From positions 45,076,001 to 45,140,000 of the forward strand of contig NC_087251.1 of the NCBI RefSeq assembly GCF_037042905.1: DNA of 64,000 nucleotides, in the 5' to 3' direction. This document shows, piece by piece, positions 1 through 13,729 of the stretch (the stretch's first letter is position 1; each line of letters starts with the position of its first letter). The stretch is from Lytechinus pictus (taxonomy: Eukaryota). A model generated the notes under the pieces. That model searched no databases, was not told where the DNA came from, and worked only from the letters and a program-made list of their open reading frames with translations. The position numbers and the translations under genes were made by a program.

Positions 1-1543
1 TTAGTTCCCTACAGGGCAGTATATATACATACAGGGGCAGAAAGGGGCCATATGGTTTCTAAAGTTTATCAGTGAAAAAAAGGAAAAAGTAGAAGAAAAA
101 GAAGGGAAATAATGAAGAGAGAAGGGTAACAAAACCAGAGGACTGGATTGTGCCAAATAACTCAAAGGTATTCAACTAAAAACAAAACTAAATTATGTCA
201 TCTTTTGGTCATCTTCCCCTAATAAATTACCCTGGTGATGCCTCCCCCCCCCCCATGTCCTCGACTGATATAACTTGATTAAACAGAGACTGGACTAGTT
301 GTAGTGTGTGTGGATTCCAGTCAATAATACCATATCATAACATTTCAGAAAGATATATTTCAAATGGAATCAAAGAATTAATTAAAACAGTAATAATGAT
401 AATAAAATAATGAATAACAAAGGACAAAAAGATGGATCCCCTAAAAAAAAATGAATAAATAAAACATATCATCTGGTTTTTCTTAGTATGAAAATTAATT
501 GACCATGATCATACAGAAATTTAAAGCATGATTAAGAATTTTGTATGATCAAAATCGATTCTGATTCTATTAGACAGATAGTTAATCAATTTCCATCTGT
601 TTCCCTATCATAATCTATAAAGAGAATAAAGAAAGTATAAAACAAAATATCAACAAAAAGTTAAACATAAATGGAAAGTAATATTTGAATAAATACTTTT
701 AAAAGGAAAGTAAGAAAAGAAAGCCTCCCTCAAAAAGAAAAACACAAAAGAAAATAGAAAAACAAAGAAAAATTTAATAAATAATCAAGGGGAAGAAGCT
801 GGAAAGCAAAGAATAAAAGATATTGAAGAGAGAACAAATAAAACAAAATGAGAAGAAAGACGAAGAAAATCAAGGGTAGAAAATAGAACATACCACCCCC
901 TCCCCCCCCCCCCCCCATCGCCTCAGTGCCTTTCCTGTCTACAATACACTCTGATGGACAGGAATTTCCTTATGGCAATTTAAGTACTCAATAATCATAA
1001 GAGGCATATTATGAATATTAATTGCTACCATCAAATAAAGAAAAATGAATACTAGCATGTACTTGGAAGTTGGCAGTTCAGGTACAAAAACAAATGTAGC
1101 CATCCTAATTATGGCTTAATTATGTTTAAGAATAACTGAAAGACAAAATATCAGAAAGATATTCATTGGACAATAATTGAAGATTCAGTAAAACAATATT
1201 GAATCAACTATACAAATTCAATAGAACTGATACATTATAGCTTTTACTTCATGCTCAGTCGGTACCAAACTCCAAAAATAAGAATTTGAAAAGAATTGAA
1301 TGTTTATTAGACAGATATATGGTAGACATAGGTAACTGATACAAAATAGCCTGTGATCAATAGTTAGGCAGCAATGTAATGACTGTCTTTATCATCTAGG
1401 TTTTTGGTTTGTTTTCTCTTGACTTGAAAATAGTGAATCAAAACCAGATTGACAAGTGTTATCTCTTTTGTTTATTCAATCATGGAGTGATTTCTACAAA
1501 TTGGCTCCCCATCCACACCGCAATCAATCAAATCCTCTTCTAC

Positions 1544-1696
1544 CTGACCACAAGATATGGAGGTCTCGCTGAATAAATTGAACAAACCACCGCTTTCCAG
1601 CCGGCTGCATGCGCTACGGCAGCTACGTCCGTCCGCCTGCAATCCAACAGGCTTTTCAAGGGTTTCTTTGGGGTCTTGTCTCTCGATCCCTCTATC
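1544..1696 (-). CDS. Weak candidate downstream exon (153 nt, phase 2-2)
   Basis: Acceptor TTCGTCGTTGCAG| and donor CAG|GTAGAA. Open and phase-compatible with exon 2, but both splice sites are weak and the peptide is unrecognised; may simply be non-coding. Confidence 0.15.
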
Positions 1697-2383
1697 CTGC
1701 AACGACGAAGGTACTTAGAGATCTTTACAGGGTGAAAGAGTGATGGTTGACCTGACCACCGCTCCTGACAGCGTCTTCCATCATGTTCCATTTCACCTCT
1801 TCCTTCATTCCCCCTGATTCCTACAAAGTGGATAAACTTCTTCGCGCTGATGTAACTTTCAATTGAGACCGATCGCTTTCCGATGCGCCACTGATTGTGA
1901 TCTCTCTCGCGCCATTGATGCTGAGTGGTCGCTACACAATGAGTATTGTAATGTGTCTGTGACCCGACTACCGAGTATCCCAGACCCCATGTTTGTTCAT
2001 GTAAAGCTGGCGTTGCTTTGATCAATCAAGTAAATTAATGAAGTGGTAAAATGGATCTCCGGCTGGACTCACAGTGGCAGGGTTCAGGTAGAGCGGAGTG
2101 ACTTGTTGCTAAGTTCTATCAATATCTAAGCTTGACAGTAAACCCCAATCCTTTTGATTTGCACTGATTATTAGTGAGGAAATGAAGGATGATAGCAATA
2201 TTTCACTTAAAACGCTTAAAAGCATGCAATTACCTTTCAAAGCCCTATTGAAAGCAATTCTCACTAACAATATCTAAATTGCAAAGCAGTCTTCCCCAAG
2301 TTTTTGTAAAACTCTTGATCAATTCTATTACCTATAAATGGACTTTCTTGAAAATATGATGATTTTAAAGTAATTCTCTATTC

Positions 2384-2600
2384 TGTGAGGCTGCCTCTTT
2401 CTCTTAATATCTTTTTACAGAAACGAAGTGCTTCAAGGCACAACTTAAGAACTACTATCAGCAATTTTTTATCCGAAATTAGCAATATCATATCAAAGCG
2501 TTATTTATGTGACACTTTATTTAGTGAGGCTGCCTCGTTCTCTTTATTTGTTTAAGATACAAAAAGACAAAACTTAAGAAATACAATTAGCAATTTTCCA
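2384..2600 (+). repeat. Diverged direct duplication, period ~140 bp
   Basis: GTGAGGCTGCCTC..AACTTAAGAA..AGCAATTTT occurs twice. Confidence 0.7.
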
Positions 2601-5040
2601 ACACATGAAACTTATTATTATTATAGAGGTAAAACTATTTTGAATGAATTTCATTTAAAGATATCCATGTTCACAATATAATGCACAGTTTGATGTACAT
2701 AAATTATACAAATGTTAGAAAAAGTTTCTGATAACAATTCAGTTACAAAATGTAATATAATACTTTCAATATAGTACTTGTTTGATTCAATCTGGATCTG
2801 AAAATTTCATTTGCAAAATAAAAAAGTTTTATAAGTAAAAAAAATCACCAACTAAATGGAAATGCATCATTTTTTTTTCTAAACAAGTGTCACTTTTTTT
2901 TTCAAAAGTAAGCACAATCTACAATTAAAGTATTTTACCTTTCTTTTCCCATTCTAACTGGAGTTATATTCACATATTACATATGATGTACTAATATATA
3001 TAACTGTTGCATATTCAACAACATTTTTCAAAGACAACAGGAGCAAAAGATGTTTCCATCAAGTGCATTCACCTCTTTTAAGTATTTGAAATCTACCTAT
3101 TTACCAACGTTTATCACACACAAAATAAAAATTATAGAGGAGATAAAAAGATGGTTTAAAAGACAACAATGAAAACTGTTTTTTCCCCATCTGTGCCAGA
3201 ACTGGGAGGTTGATAAATATGATCACAATAATGGAGCAAAATGTTCATTTGTATTTCTTCTTCAATAATATATAAATGCAAATAAAATTATATGCATTTT
3301 CTGACAAAGTTCATTCTAGAACAAAAATAAAGAGCCAATTACCATGGCAACAATAAGCCATCATTACATTAAGTAGAAAATAATGAATGGAGCCCATTAT
3401 GTTGAATAACACTGCAACTGACAGTGCTGTTTATATTTAAGTCATTAAACTTTTTAAGAAAGAAGTAGAAACTTACAATGAACACAAATCAGAAAGCCTT
3501 ATCATCAATTCAAACGAGACAATTTTTTATCGTTAATTAAAAAAGATGCGATGAAGAAAAGAGTTTATCAACTTACACACTGGTATCGAGTGCTGGGGAG
3601 AAAAGCGCTCGCGGAATATCACAATATAGGCAATCCATACTGGTGCTTCAACTACTAGTACGAGCTATAAGAGATAAGACCCGTTACATGCAGACGGCTC
3701 TATAGCTATGATCTCTCATTTTGATGGGTTGGGGGGTATGATTTTTATAAGCCAGTAAGGGTAAATGAACCTATTGCGCCCCTGGCTTACCCACTTGTAA
3801 AGCCCAACCCACCCAGAATATTCCTCCATTACAATGCAATTGCAGGCTCATTAAAAATGCAAACCATGGACAGAGCCGCGTCCCAACCCCCTCTAACCAG
3901 CCCGGCTTTTGATAGATGCCTCTTTCGGCAATGCCTGACATCTTATTTTGGACAAAACACTCCCCGGGGAAAACGGGAGTCTTTATGATACCTTGCAGAA
4001 ATACAAGGAAGCTAGTTAATATGCAGCCAGCCCCGTCTTCTCTTCCACAGAAAAATCATTTACAACGGGACATCATCAGATTAATAGGCAATGTAGATGG
4101 GAAGGGATCTACCTTAAGCTTTAATGGCAAATCATTACCACCGCTCTTCTTAATCACACCGGTAACAACCGAGGTGTAACCGATTCTAACACCACTTGAT
4201 GCGAAAGAAGGGCCGGTGCCTCTGACTCCTTTTCGGTATAGAGGGGGCCGCCCGGCGTTGACTGGTCCTGCGTCACTTGGCGAATCCTGAGAGACATGCC
4301 TCTAATACAGATTTGACGCTGCTCCTGTGATGCTACATGCATATTGATTTGAGATGGTGTCGCACCAAACATTGCTGAGGGAGGCAAATGGCGAGGGCTG
4401 TAATGTCACTATGTATTGAGTTGACACCAACCGCACCATATTCCCGACACCACCTCATTATTGCCCAATACCCGGAGGTGACTACTTGATACGCTACCAA
4501 ATTAACCATTACAGTAATCAGGTAATTATGGAAATTAAAACAAGTAGGAGGCCAACCCCCACCATGAGAAAGGGAGAGCCTAACCCCGATCCTTTATTCA
4601 TTTACTACTTCTACCATTTCATCAATACTTCCAGGCTGCCGTCATCTGTTTTCATTCATTACCCATGCTCTGAAGGAATACTGGTCCTTATTACCATGAA
4701 GATACTTTATCATCATTACATTTGATAAGAATATAGCATTATTTTGATCGCTTCATCCTTTTAAACAGTCTTTAATGACCCTTTATTCATATGCCGTCGC
4801 TTGACAAGAAGTTCGCTGTCACGTAGGATTATAGTTTTGTGGACTTCCTCTATATGACTGGTAAGTTAAAGTCACTGACCCAAATTCACAAAGATGGATT
4901 TTAATACGTATTATGGAACCATGGTTTATGCAGAATTTATGCCCCAAATATGCATGATTCTGCAACCAAAATGAGGAAAAAGTAATGTAATTTGAGTAAT
5001 AAGCAAAAGATGAGTGCCAATCAATAAAAGCTTGCATTAA

Positions 5041-5639
5041 AGGAAAAGTCCACCCCAAAAAAAGTTGATTTGAATAAAAAGAGAAAAATCCAACAAGCAT
5101 AACACTGAAAATTTCATCAAAATCGGATGTAAAATAAGAAAGTTATGACATTTTAAAGTTTTGCTTTAATTTCACAAAACAGTTATATGCACATCCTGGT
5201 CGGTATGCAAATGAGGAGACTGATGACGTCATCCACTCACTATTTCTTTTGTATTTTATTATATGAAATATTCGAATTTTCTCCTCATTGTCAAGTGAAA
5301 CAACGATTTATTCCTCCCTGAACATGTGGAATTAGCATTGCTTAATATTATATGGTTCAGTCAAGTTGGTCCGTATTGTCAAATTTGTAAAAAAAAATGA
5401 AATATTGTATAATTCAAACAATAAGATACAAAAGAAATAGTGAGGGATAAACATCATCGACTGACTCATTTGCATGTCACTTAGTTGTGCATATCACTGT
5501 TTTGTGAAAAATAAGCGAAACTTAAAAATGCCATAACTTTCTTATTTTACATCTGATTTTGATGAAATTTTCAGTGTTATGCTAGTTTGATTTTTCATTA
5601 TTTATTCAAATCAACATTTTTCTGGGGTGGACTTGTCCT
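5041..5639. mobile_element. Kolobok-type MITE, family A, copy 1
   Basis: TTAA on both sides (5037-5040, 5640-5643), AGG...CCT termini, long imperfect TIRs (about 150 bp) starting AGGAAAAGTCCACCCC; no ORF. Confidence 0.9.
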
Positions 5640-6636
5640 TTAATTATCAGACTCTTCTCAATATTCACGCTCAATTAAGCATAATTAATGTATGAAAATG
5701 CATAAACTGCGATTTCAGAACACAGATTTAAAGCATATAGGCCACTATATTTTAGAAGGTTTTATTAAATATTTTTTTCAGTAAGCCTCTACCCATATTT
5801 GGTACTGTACTAGTTTTTTTTTCTTGTTAATTAGGTTAGTAGGTCAGTCATAGAAGTGACATATATGTTATGCTTAGTCTTATCAATGAACAAATTGAAC
5901 ACCCAGCCATATGGATATGGATATGGAAATTATTCCTGGAATTAGAATAAAAAGACTCTACGTGTAATTCAACACACTGGCTATCAACTGATAATTAATC
6001 TAATCAGGAAGAAGTTTTTTTGTTTGTATTTCTGATTCTTAATAACATTTTCTTTCTCAAACTGTGATAATAACTATGATAATCCTGACTATGACACTAA
6101 TGATACTAACTTTAGTCAAAATGGATAGTGCCTATTTTCATTTTACTATTTGATAGTCTTTCTTTCACCTGAAATCATCTCCTTTCTCTTCTATTTGTAG
6201 AAGCGTTCATTTTTTTTGCCCTGTCTTTCATTGTTTTCATCATTCTGCATTTTCTTCTTCCATTTCTTTATAAGTTTATTCATTTCTTATTCATGAATAT
6301 TTTCCCTTTTCTATAGGTGTGTTATATACCCCCTTAATTTATCTATCTATCTATCTTTCTCTCTCTCTCTCTATCTCTCACACTATCTGTCTTTGTCAGT
6401 CTCTGCTTCTGTTTCTTTGACTCTCTCTCCCCCCCCTTCTTTGCTTTTACAATTTAACAAATAGTGTAATAGGGTAGATAGAAAAAAAATCCACTCAAAT
6501 AATAAAAAATAATACAAATCGTAGATTCAAAAATAATATCAATTTCACAATTTATACTTTACAAGCTGCTGTACACACATTCCTGTGTTCCATGTATATA
6601 TATATGCTCCATTCCCCGCTTGTTTATATCTCGTTA

Positions 6637-7112
6637 GGTGGTTTCAGACCGCCTCGAAGTTCGCCAGTTCCAGGTATTCTCTGATCGGGAAATTTACCCC
6701 GATCAGAAAATACCAGGTATTTTGGCGGTGTGAAAGCAAACTACGCGTAATATCCCCGAAAGAAAATACCCGATAAATAGTAGGTACTTGGCGAAATTAC
6801 GAGAACTTTCGCGGGGATTTTTCCAAGGTCGTGGGTATTTTGGCAGTCTGAAAGCAAATTACGGGAACTTTTAGCCCAGCGTGTCGTTGGGTGCGGCGCC
6901 GTGCATGGGTTGCTGCTGGGCTAGTGATTTTGAATTTCGCGCCTTGCTGCTTATCAGACCATACTGCGCATGCTCGTAACTTAAGGAACTTATCCCGAAG
7001 GGTGTGTTTCAGGGCGGTGTGAATGCAGGAATAATTAATGGGTATTTTTCAGCCTAAAAAAGTTCTCGTAATTTAACGGGGATTCTTGTGATCGAGGCGG
7101 TTTGAAACCACC
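6637..7112. mobile_element. MITE with 21-bp TIRs (Harbinger-like termini)
   Basis: TA|GGTGGTTTCAGACCGCCTCGA ... TCGAGGCGGTTTGAAACCACC|TA; internal direct repeats GGTATTTTGGC(G/A)GT(G/C)TGAAAGCAAA; CpG-rich. Confidence 0.85.
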
Positions 7113-9479
7113 TATTATTTCTATTCTCTTTGTGATCCCTGTTATCTACCTACGGATCATTAACCCTGCAACGAAGGAGGGTTGCTCCCATCAAAAATGG
7201 CTCATCATCCACAATCAAAAGGTGATGGCGTGGAAAGGGTTTTATTAATAAAAATAGAAATAGATTAAAATCAATCACTATAAATCCATATTTCATGCAG
7301 AGTTGCCTTCTATTAGTAGACAACCTATATCCAAGATCCATTTTCTCCCCTTCAATACTGTCATACTGGCGAAACCGGCTAGAAACCGACCGCTAGTGTA
7401 TCATTGGTAATACTGAAATAGCTTTGGTTGGTTTGGAGTTGGTTCTGTTCGTGTGGCTGCAGCCTTATATTAAAAATCTTAATTAAATTACACTAATTTT
7501 CATTATAATTTATAATTTCTCCTTGGGGTAGCACAAGGATATTTTCACAGGGGGGGGGGTCAAGACAACCTAACAGCAGCAGCATTTTTTCTTCAAATTT
7601 AAATAAAAGGTTCACTATGAAATGACACTACCTGGACTTCTACTTTTAATAGAGTTATATCTTATTTCTTCCTTATTCCTCTCCTTTTTTCTTCACTACT
7701 TGAAAAATCATAACTCGAAAAATCACAAGGGAGATCACTTGGGTGTTAAAAATGCCCATGGAATAGACCAGAAAAGGGAATCCTCTATGAATAAATACCT
7801 TTCCATTTATACCAAACCAGACATCCCCCCGCACACACACACACATGATCCAATATTTCTTTATTTTTAACTATCCATATAGTATGTTTCCATTTCCATA
7901 TATATCCTTGAAATGGACCAGAAAATATGGAATCCCCTATCCTACTCTGACACCCCCCCCCCCACCCCCACACACATAGACACACTCCATTTCCCCGAGA
8001 CTATCCAATATTTTTTGTTCCCTTCCACCATACATACACTGTGATACATGTTTTTCTCCCCCATATCCCTTTATATACTCAAAATTTCTTTTTCAATCTA
8101 TTCCTTTTCTGCATATCCATCTCGTTCACTTATCCGTCCTCACAACACTTATTCAGTTCTTCGTGTCTCTATGTTACAATCAATGCACATGTGCCAATAT
8201 ATATTTCCCTTTTTGTCTCAAAATTCCATTCTCGGTCCATCTCCCCTTTCATCTTCCCTACATGTCTTCCCTGTGGAGCTGGAAGGTAACGCATATTGCG
8301 TGTTTGCACATCTCCAGTGGAGAGTACAATATGCTACATTTCCCTCAGATTTGGTTTCGTGCCCTGATCAATGCCGCGTCTCCGCCGAACACTATTGCGT
8401 TTCGTTTTCGCAACGAGCTGCGACTCGCGTCAAGTGCATTATTGATCCGCGGCGGTGCGGTCATGGACTCTTCTGCCAATGTTTCCCCCTGGTCAGGGAG
8501 AAGGATTCACTTGCTGGCTTAGCCTTTGGCGCTCCGGGCCAGTGACCTTCACCTTCGGAAGATGAGAAGAGGATGGATGGATGGATGGAAGGAAGGGTGC
8601 AGGATGGAGAGTCTAGATACATGAGATCACATGACTTTGGGGCAGTGCAGGGATGAAAAAGAAAACATCTTAAAGCTAAATGAAAGACACAAGAGAATAC
8701 CTCAACAATGTCTTACTAGGAATGGGGAAGAATGAACTGGATATTCAAAGGCTTTTTGATAAACATAATTGTGGGGTCGAAAGGTATGACGATATGAGAG
8801 GATATTGATATTTTCATCAATCGTTTTTATTCTGCAGTTGCTGATTCCTTGGAACTAGGGTCCTTTGTGAATTTACTTTTTCTTAAATATATTTTCAAAC
8901 AGTCTCAAGATTTTCATTGCAATGATCATTATGATGTGTATAAATAATTTTGGTTTGAAATATGGAAGAATGGAAAATAGTACTGCTTGAAATGGCAACA
9001 TATATCATTTTGAGGAAATAAATAATTAGAAGTCATATTTTGATAAATTTTGATGAATTCACTCAATACCAGACAGTTGTTAAATATTGACATCAAGATA
9101 AATGGTATAGAATTGCATACAAATAGATATCAAAGTGACTTGAAGAAAAAAAACTGTCACTTATTGAGATAAATCAGATTAAAATGATTCTTTTTAATTA
9201 TTACAATATATTATTGATAACTTGTGACAGAATTTTGACACTACATGTATATGACTTTTTTAACTTACTGATGTAACCTAAAACACATCTTTTAATTCCC
9301 TTTCTTACTCTGTGCGAAATTTTTTAAAAAGGAGAAACTAACTCCCTTTAACACTCCTTCTTGCTAAATAAAATAGAGGTAGTGAAAGTATCATTTTGAG
9401 GCTTTTTAACCCACTACCCACTGGGAATATGATATACATAAAGAAAGACTACAGAAATTTAAGGATTAAAGAAGAAACT

Positions 9480-9848
9480 GGTTTGCTCTTAAGAATTTTA
9501 GAACTTTTGTTTGCCCCATGCCATAATTGGAACCTCGAAAGGTTCTTCAAACAAGCAGAAAGGGTTCTGAACTGTCTTTTAGAACCGTTTTTTTCTACTT
9601 TTGTATATAACATACAGGGTTCTTGATGAAGTGAAGAAACTTGCCAATTTTGTATACACTGTACAACACATAAGGTTCTTTACAACATCAATGGCCCCAT
9701 TGGTTGTGTAAAGAGTCTTAAAGGGTTCCTTCTAGAACCAAAACAGGTTCTAAAGGACTGTTTAGAACACTTATCTGCTTCTTTGAAGACCTTTATAGGT
9801 TCCAAATATGGGACAAAGGTTCAAATCAGCACCTTTTTGCTAAGTGTG
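9480..9848. mobile_element. Degenerate element with GGTTC/GAACC repeats
   Basis: About ten GGTTC/GAACC motifs; ends AGCACCTTTTTGCTAAGTGTG. Confidence 0.5.
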
Positions 9849-11584
9849 TTTAATCATAATTATTGCAAAAGCAGCATCACACATCAGTTGAATGTCGATG
9901 GCAAAATCGCATTTATAGTCAGAATTGGGAATGTTTATATTTCACCATTTACAAAGGCACTTAACCCTTAACCAACTTCTGATTAATAAAGTACTAGCAA
10001 TATTCAATTCAATTCAATGGTTTCTTTATTAACATAAACAGAATGCACAAAGATCAAAAACAATATTTTTCAGTTTACATTCAAAACAACAACAAAATGT
10101 ACCAATACATACCAGCCAAAAAAACAACAACAACAACCTGGGGATGGGGCCACGGATTTTATGATACTGTATAAAGTAATACTGATAATTCATTTTAACA
10201 ACTGGGGATCTAATTATCAAATAGTGTAAATCATACATGAAATTCTTCAAGTCTTTTCTCTCTTACCAGTGTGCCTTCATCTGTGGCTTCAATAAGATCT
10301 TCAGTGCCTATGCACATGAATATAAGCACAACATAACCCAGAGGAAAACAGAGTCTTCTCTTACAATCTGAAAACCCAGTGGGTTACTGTAAGCCTACCA
10401 TGAAACGCTGCATCACATTCAATATTGCCCGATTGATAATGAGGATGTTTTATTGAAAGAAAACAAATTTCAGAAGAAACCAGCCTCGAATGCCCCGAGG
10501 TATGTATGTGGCCTTAGCAAGTCTACCGAGAGCTAGCCTCTAAATGTCGCCTCGTTGAAGATTGCACATACCCCAGATGTAATATCTAGCAGATCTTCAT
10601 CATTAGAATTAAGATTTAATTTGTGGCTGTTCCAACTATCTACGTCGAGATTAATGTGTCTGTCCCACGCTCATCCGGACTGAAAGACCTACATTCATAT
10701 GTGGCATTCTCTAGACTTACAAAGGAATGTAATATTAATACATGGTAGGTAGGTTTAGGGATACTCTTGTTGGTTGTGCCAGCTGCATGAAAGATAATGA
10801 ATACTCTATAAAAAATGAATAATAACAAAATAATAATTTCAATGAGAATGAATTATTTGCATTGAAAAGGGAAATTACAATATCAATATACATATATATA
10901 TATGAATTTAATTCCTTTTCATTTTTTTTTACATTCAACAATTTTAAATGCAGCCTTCTCCCTCACCCCTCAGCATTTGCTAGGTCACAGGGCAGAGAAT
11001 ATTGTATACTTGTGGAAATATAGCTGGAAGATAATCTGAACTTTTATCAATGTCGTCAGTCCCGGGGTGTAATGTCTTTAATGATACCCTCCTGCCTCTG
11101 TCGGATCAATAGTTTTTCATCACTGAACAGCCTCGGACCTGATTAGATCTTCAAGCAAACCAACCCTGGGCCTACAAAGCCTGAACCGAGTCAGTGCATG
11201 GGTAACAAGATAACAGCATAATAGGCCCGGCCCCGGATGGGACGGGTCACGTGACTAATGTTGCCGACCTTTGACCCCCTCATCAGGCTGGATTATTTGC
11301 CATGGCGGCCGTGGTGTTCAATGGGATTGGGATTGAAGGGGTGAACTTTTAACCTGAACTTGGCTAACATAAATGATGCAACCCAAGCGACATACATGGA
11401 AAGCTCTTTCAAGACGGGTTTCACCCATGTCGGATAAGATCCCGAGTCTCGTCATCACGGCGAACAATGGAAGAATCATTCCCATTTCTTCCTTTAGAAG
11501 TTTGGAACTACTTTCTACTGCTGTTATTTAAACTGATTAGAAGAGATCATTCTTTGAAGAAGTTCTTCAATTGATCTAGTTCAT

Positions 11585-11735
11585 GGTCCCATTTCATAAA
11601 GACTTGTTATAATAACAAATGCCTAATTTCTATAAGAAGTTTGATACCAGCCTATTAAGGTGAATGATTTCAGTTACAGTAGGTTTTAACTGTTATTTCA
11701 AATTTGTTATTATACAAGTTTTATGAATTGGGCCC
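11585..11735. mobile_element. 150-bp MITE, copy 1
   Basis: GGTCCCATTTCATAAAGACTTG ... CAAGTTTTATGAATTGGGCC; collinear with 15823-15969. Confidence 0.75.
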
Positions 11736-13729
11736 CAGAACATAATATGGAAAAATATATGGGGTAGAAATTTTCAGAAATATGTGAGGGTATAGAATAT
11801 GGATTCATTCTGACGTCTCTTAATTTCTGTGCTAGCTAGAAACAAGAATCTAAGTGAATTCTAGTTGAAATCTACAATGGCAAAACAAGAACTGAAGAGG
11901 GGTTTATTTGTTTACTAACCTACCTCCATACAGAATATACATACCATTAGTATTTCATTCTTCATCTGAAGCCCTTTCGCCATAGGCCTCAACAGGCAAA
12001 TATTATCTACATATTATCTTTTATCTGAGATATCCTTTTTCGCATTTTAAAAGTAGATATATGACTTCTGGACTCGTTCATTGAATCACTTGATGTAGAC
12101 ATATATATGTTTATCAGTTTCTGTACATGTTTATCAGATTATAAACTTGTTCATGTCTATACCCGTTCAACCTATATTGGAATAAATATTGAAATCATGC
12201 TGGGGACTCCAATGCCCCTCCCCCCTCTCTACTCCAAAAAGAGAATGAAACTGAAAGGAAGAAACAAACACATGTCTACAAACACATCTGATAATAAAGC
12301 AATGGAAACACTGATCCTGGTATGATTATCACCAGACCTGACATAGCATCAACTTAAATAATATAAAAATACATAATTTAGCACCCAGGATAATTCCCAC
12401 CTTCTTCCACCCCCCCCCCCCCCTCCTCATACAGAGTCCCTTGCTAGGCTTCTACTTTGTACTTTGTGCTACCAACTGTGATATGTCTAGACACAATATA
12501 CATACAGGAATATCCAACGTGACAATGGCCTTTGGGCTGTTGTGGTTGCATGGACTAGTGCCTAAGTTGAGAGAGTGATTAGGGTTCTATAAACAGGGGT
12601 ACTTAACCTTAACTGGTGGACAATTCTAACTGTTTACCTGTATACCATGACAACGTAATGTATGCCATAATTTCATGACGTACGAATGAACTTTCTAAGG
12701 CAAAGTGTATTTGTCTGATACTGATATTATTATAGGATTTCTGATCAATAAATACTAAAAAAATATGATGTCTTGTGATATTGACATTATTGAGTAAATG
12801 CATTCTTGGTGTTTTCTACCAAATACATATCCTATAGGCCTACTCATGCAATTACAATATGCAAATTTTCCTTATCATCTAGTATGATCCAATTTAAATC
12901 AACGCCTGGAGTTACAGTAAATTCCCCCCAAAGTACTTTACACATCACAATACCAATTCATTGTATTAAATTCTGTGAAGATAGAAGAATATACATGTTT
13001 TCATATGAATAAAAAAATGTATATGACCTAAGTGCGACTGCTAAAATAAAAATCTGTTTTTATCAGACAGATTTTTTTATTTTACATGAAAATTATTTAT
13101 GATAGGGAGCCAAATCAAAGTGAAATTACTGCATTCCTTCTTTCTTTTTATATACCAAGAACAATCATTACAGTCAGTTTTCATATTCTTCCAAAATGAC
13201 ATGAAAAGAAGAAAACCAACAGTAATTCCACAACATGACTTTCCCTTTAATAATCTTATCTTTCTTAGCATCTGTTTATTTCTTTTCTTTTTATTGAATT
13301 CTGATAAAACAATATTTGAACTATCTCTTTCTATTGTGTCCTATGTCATGGGAAGCTTATCACATTCAGACGTTGATCAAACATTGTCTGCTATTTTCAA
13401 ACACTGGTGTACAATAAGAACATATTTAGCATGAAATGTATATCATCTATAAAAATACATAATCACGATAAATATACATAATACAATATCAGACTTGAAT
13501 GTTTCCAGGTCCAACATAATGCTTTAAAATTTTATTTGTAGGAATATTTTTTAAAGATTTTTTTTTTCAAATTCCATTACAGTGATCATCAGTTGATAAA
13601 CTTTACAATTTACAGGCCCGGGAGTGTTTCCATCTGTTTTTATTAGCTTTTTTAGCAAATTTTTATATTTTATCTGTCAATATTAAAACAAATTATATTA
13701 AAATCTCTTTATATTTCTATAAGGCATGC

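Noticed and set aside
5037..5643. piggyBac assignment for the TTAA-flanked elements
   Set aside because: Termini are AGG..CCT rather than the CC(C/T)..(A/G)GG typical of piggyBac.
8041..8545. Overlapping ORFs of 82-165 aa
   Set aside because: No recognisable domain, non-ATG or weak starts, and no supporting splice structure.
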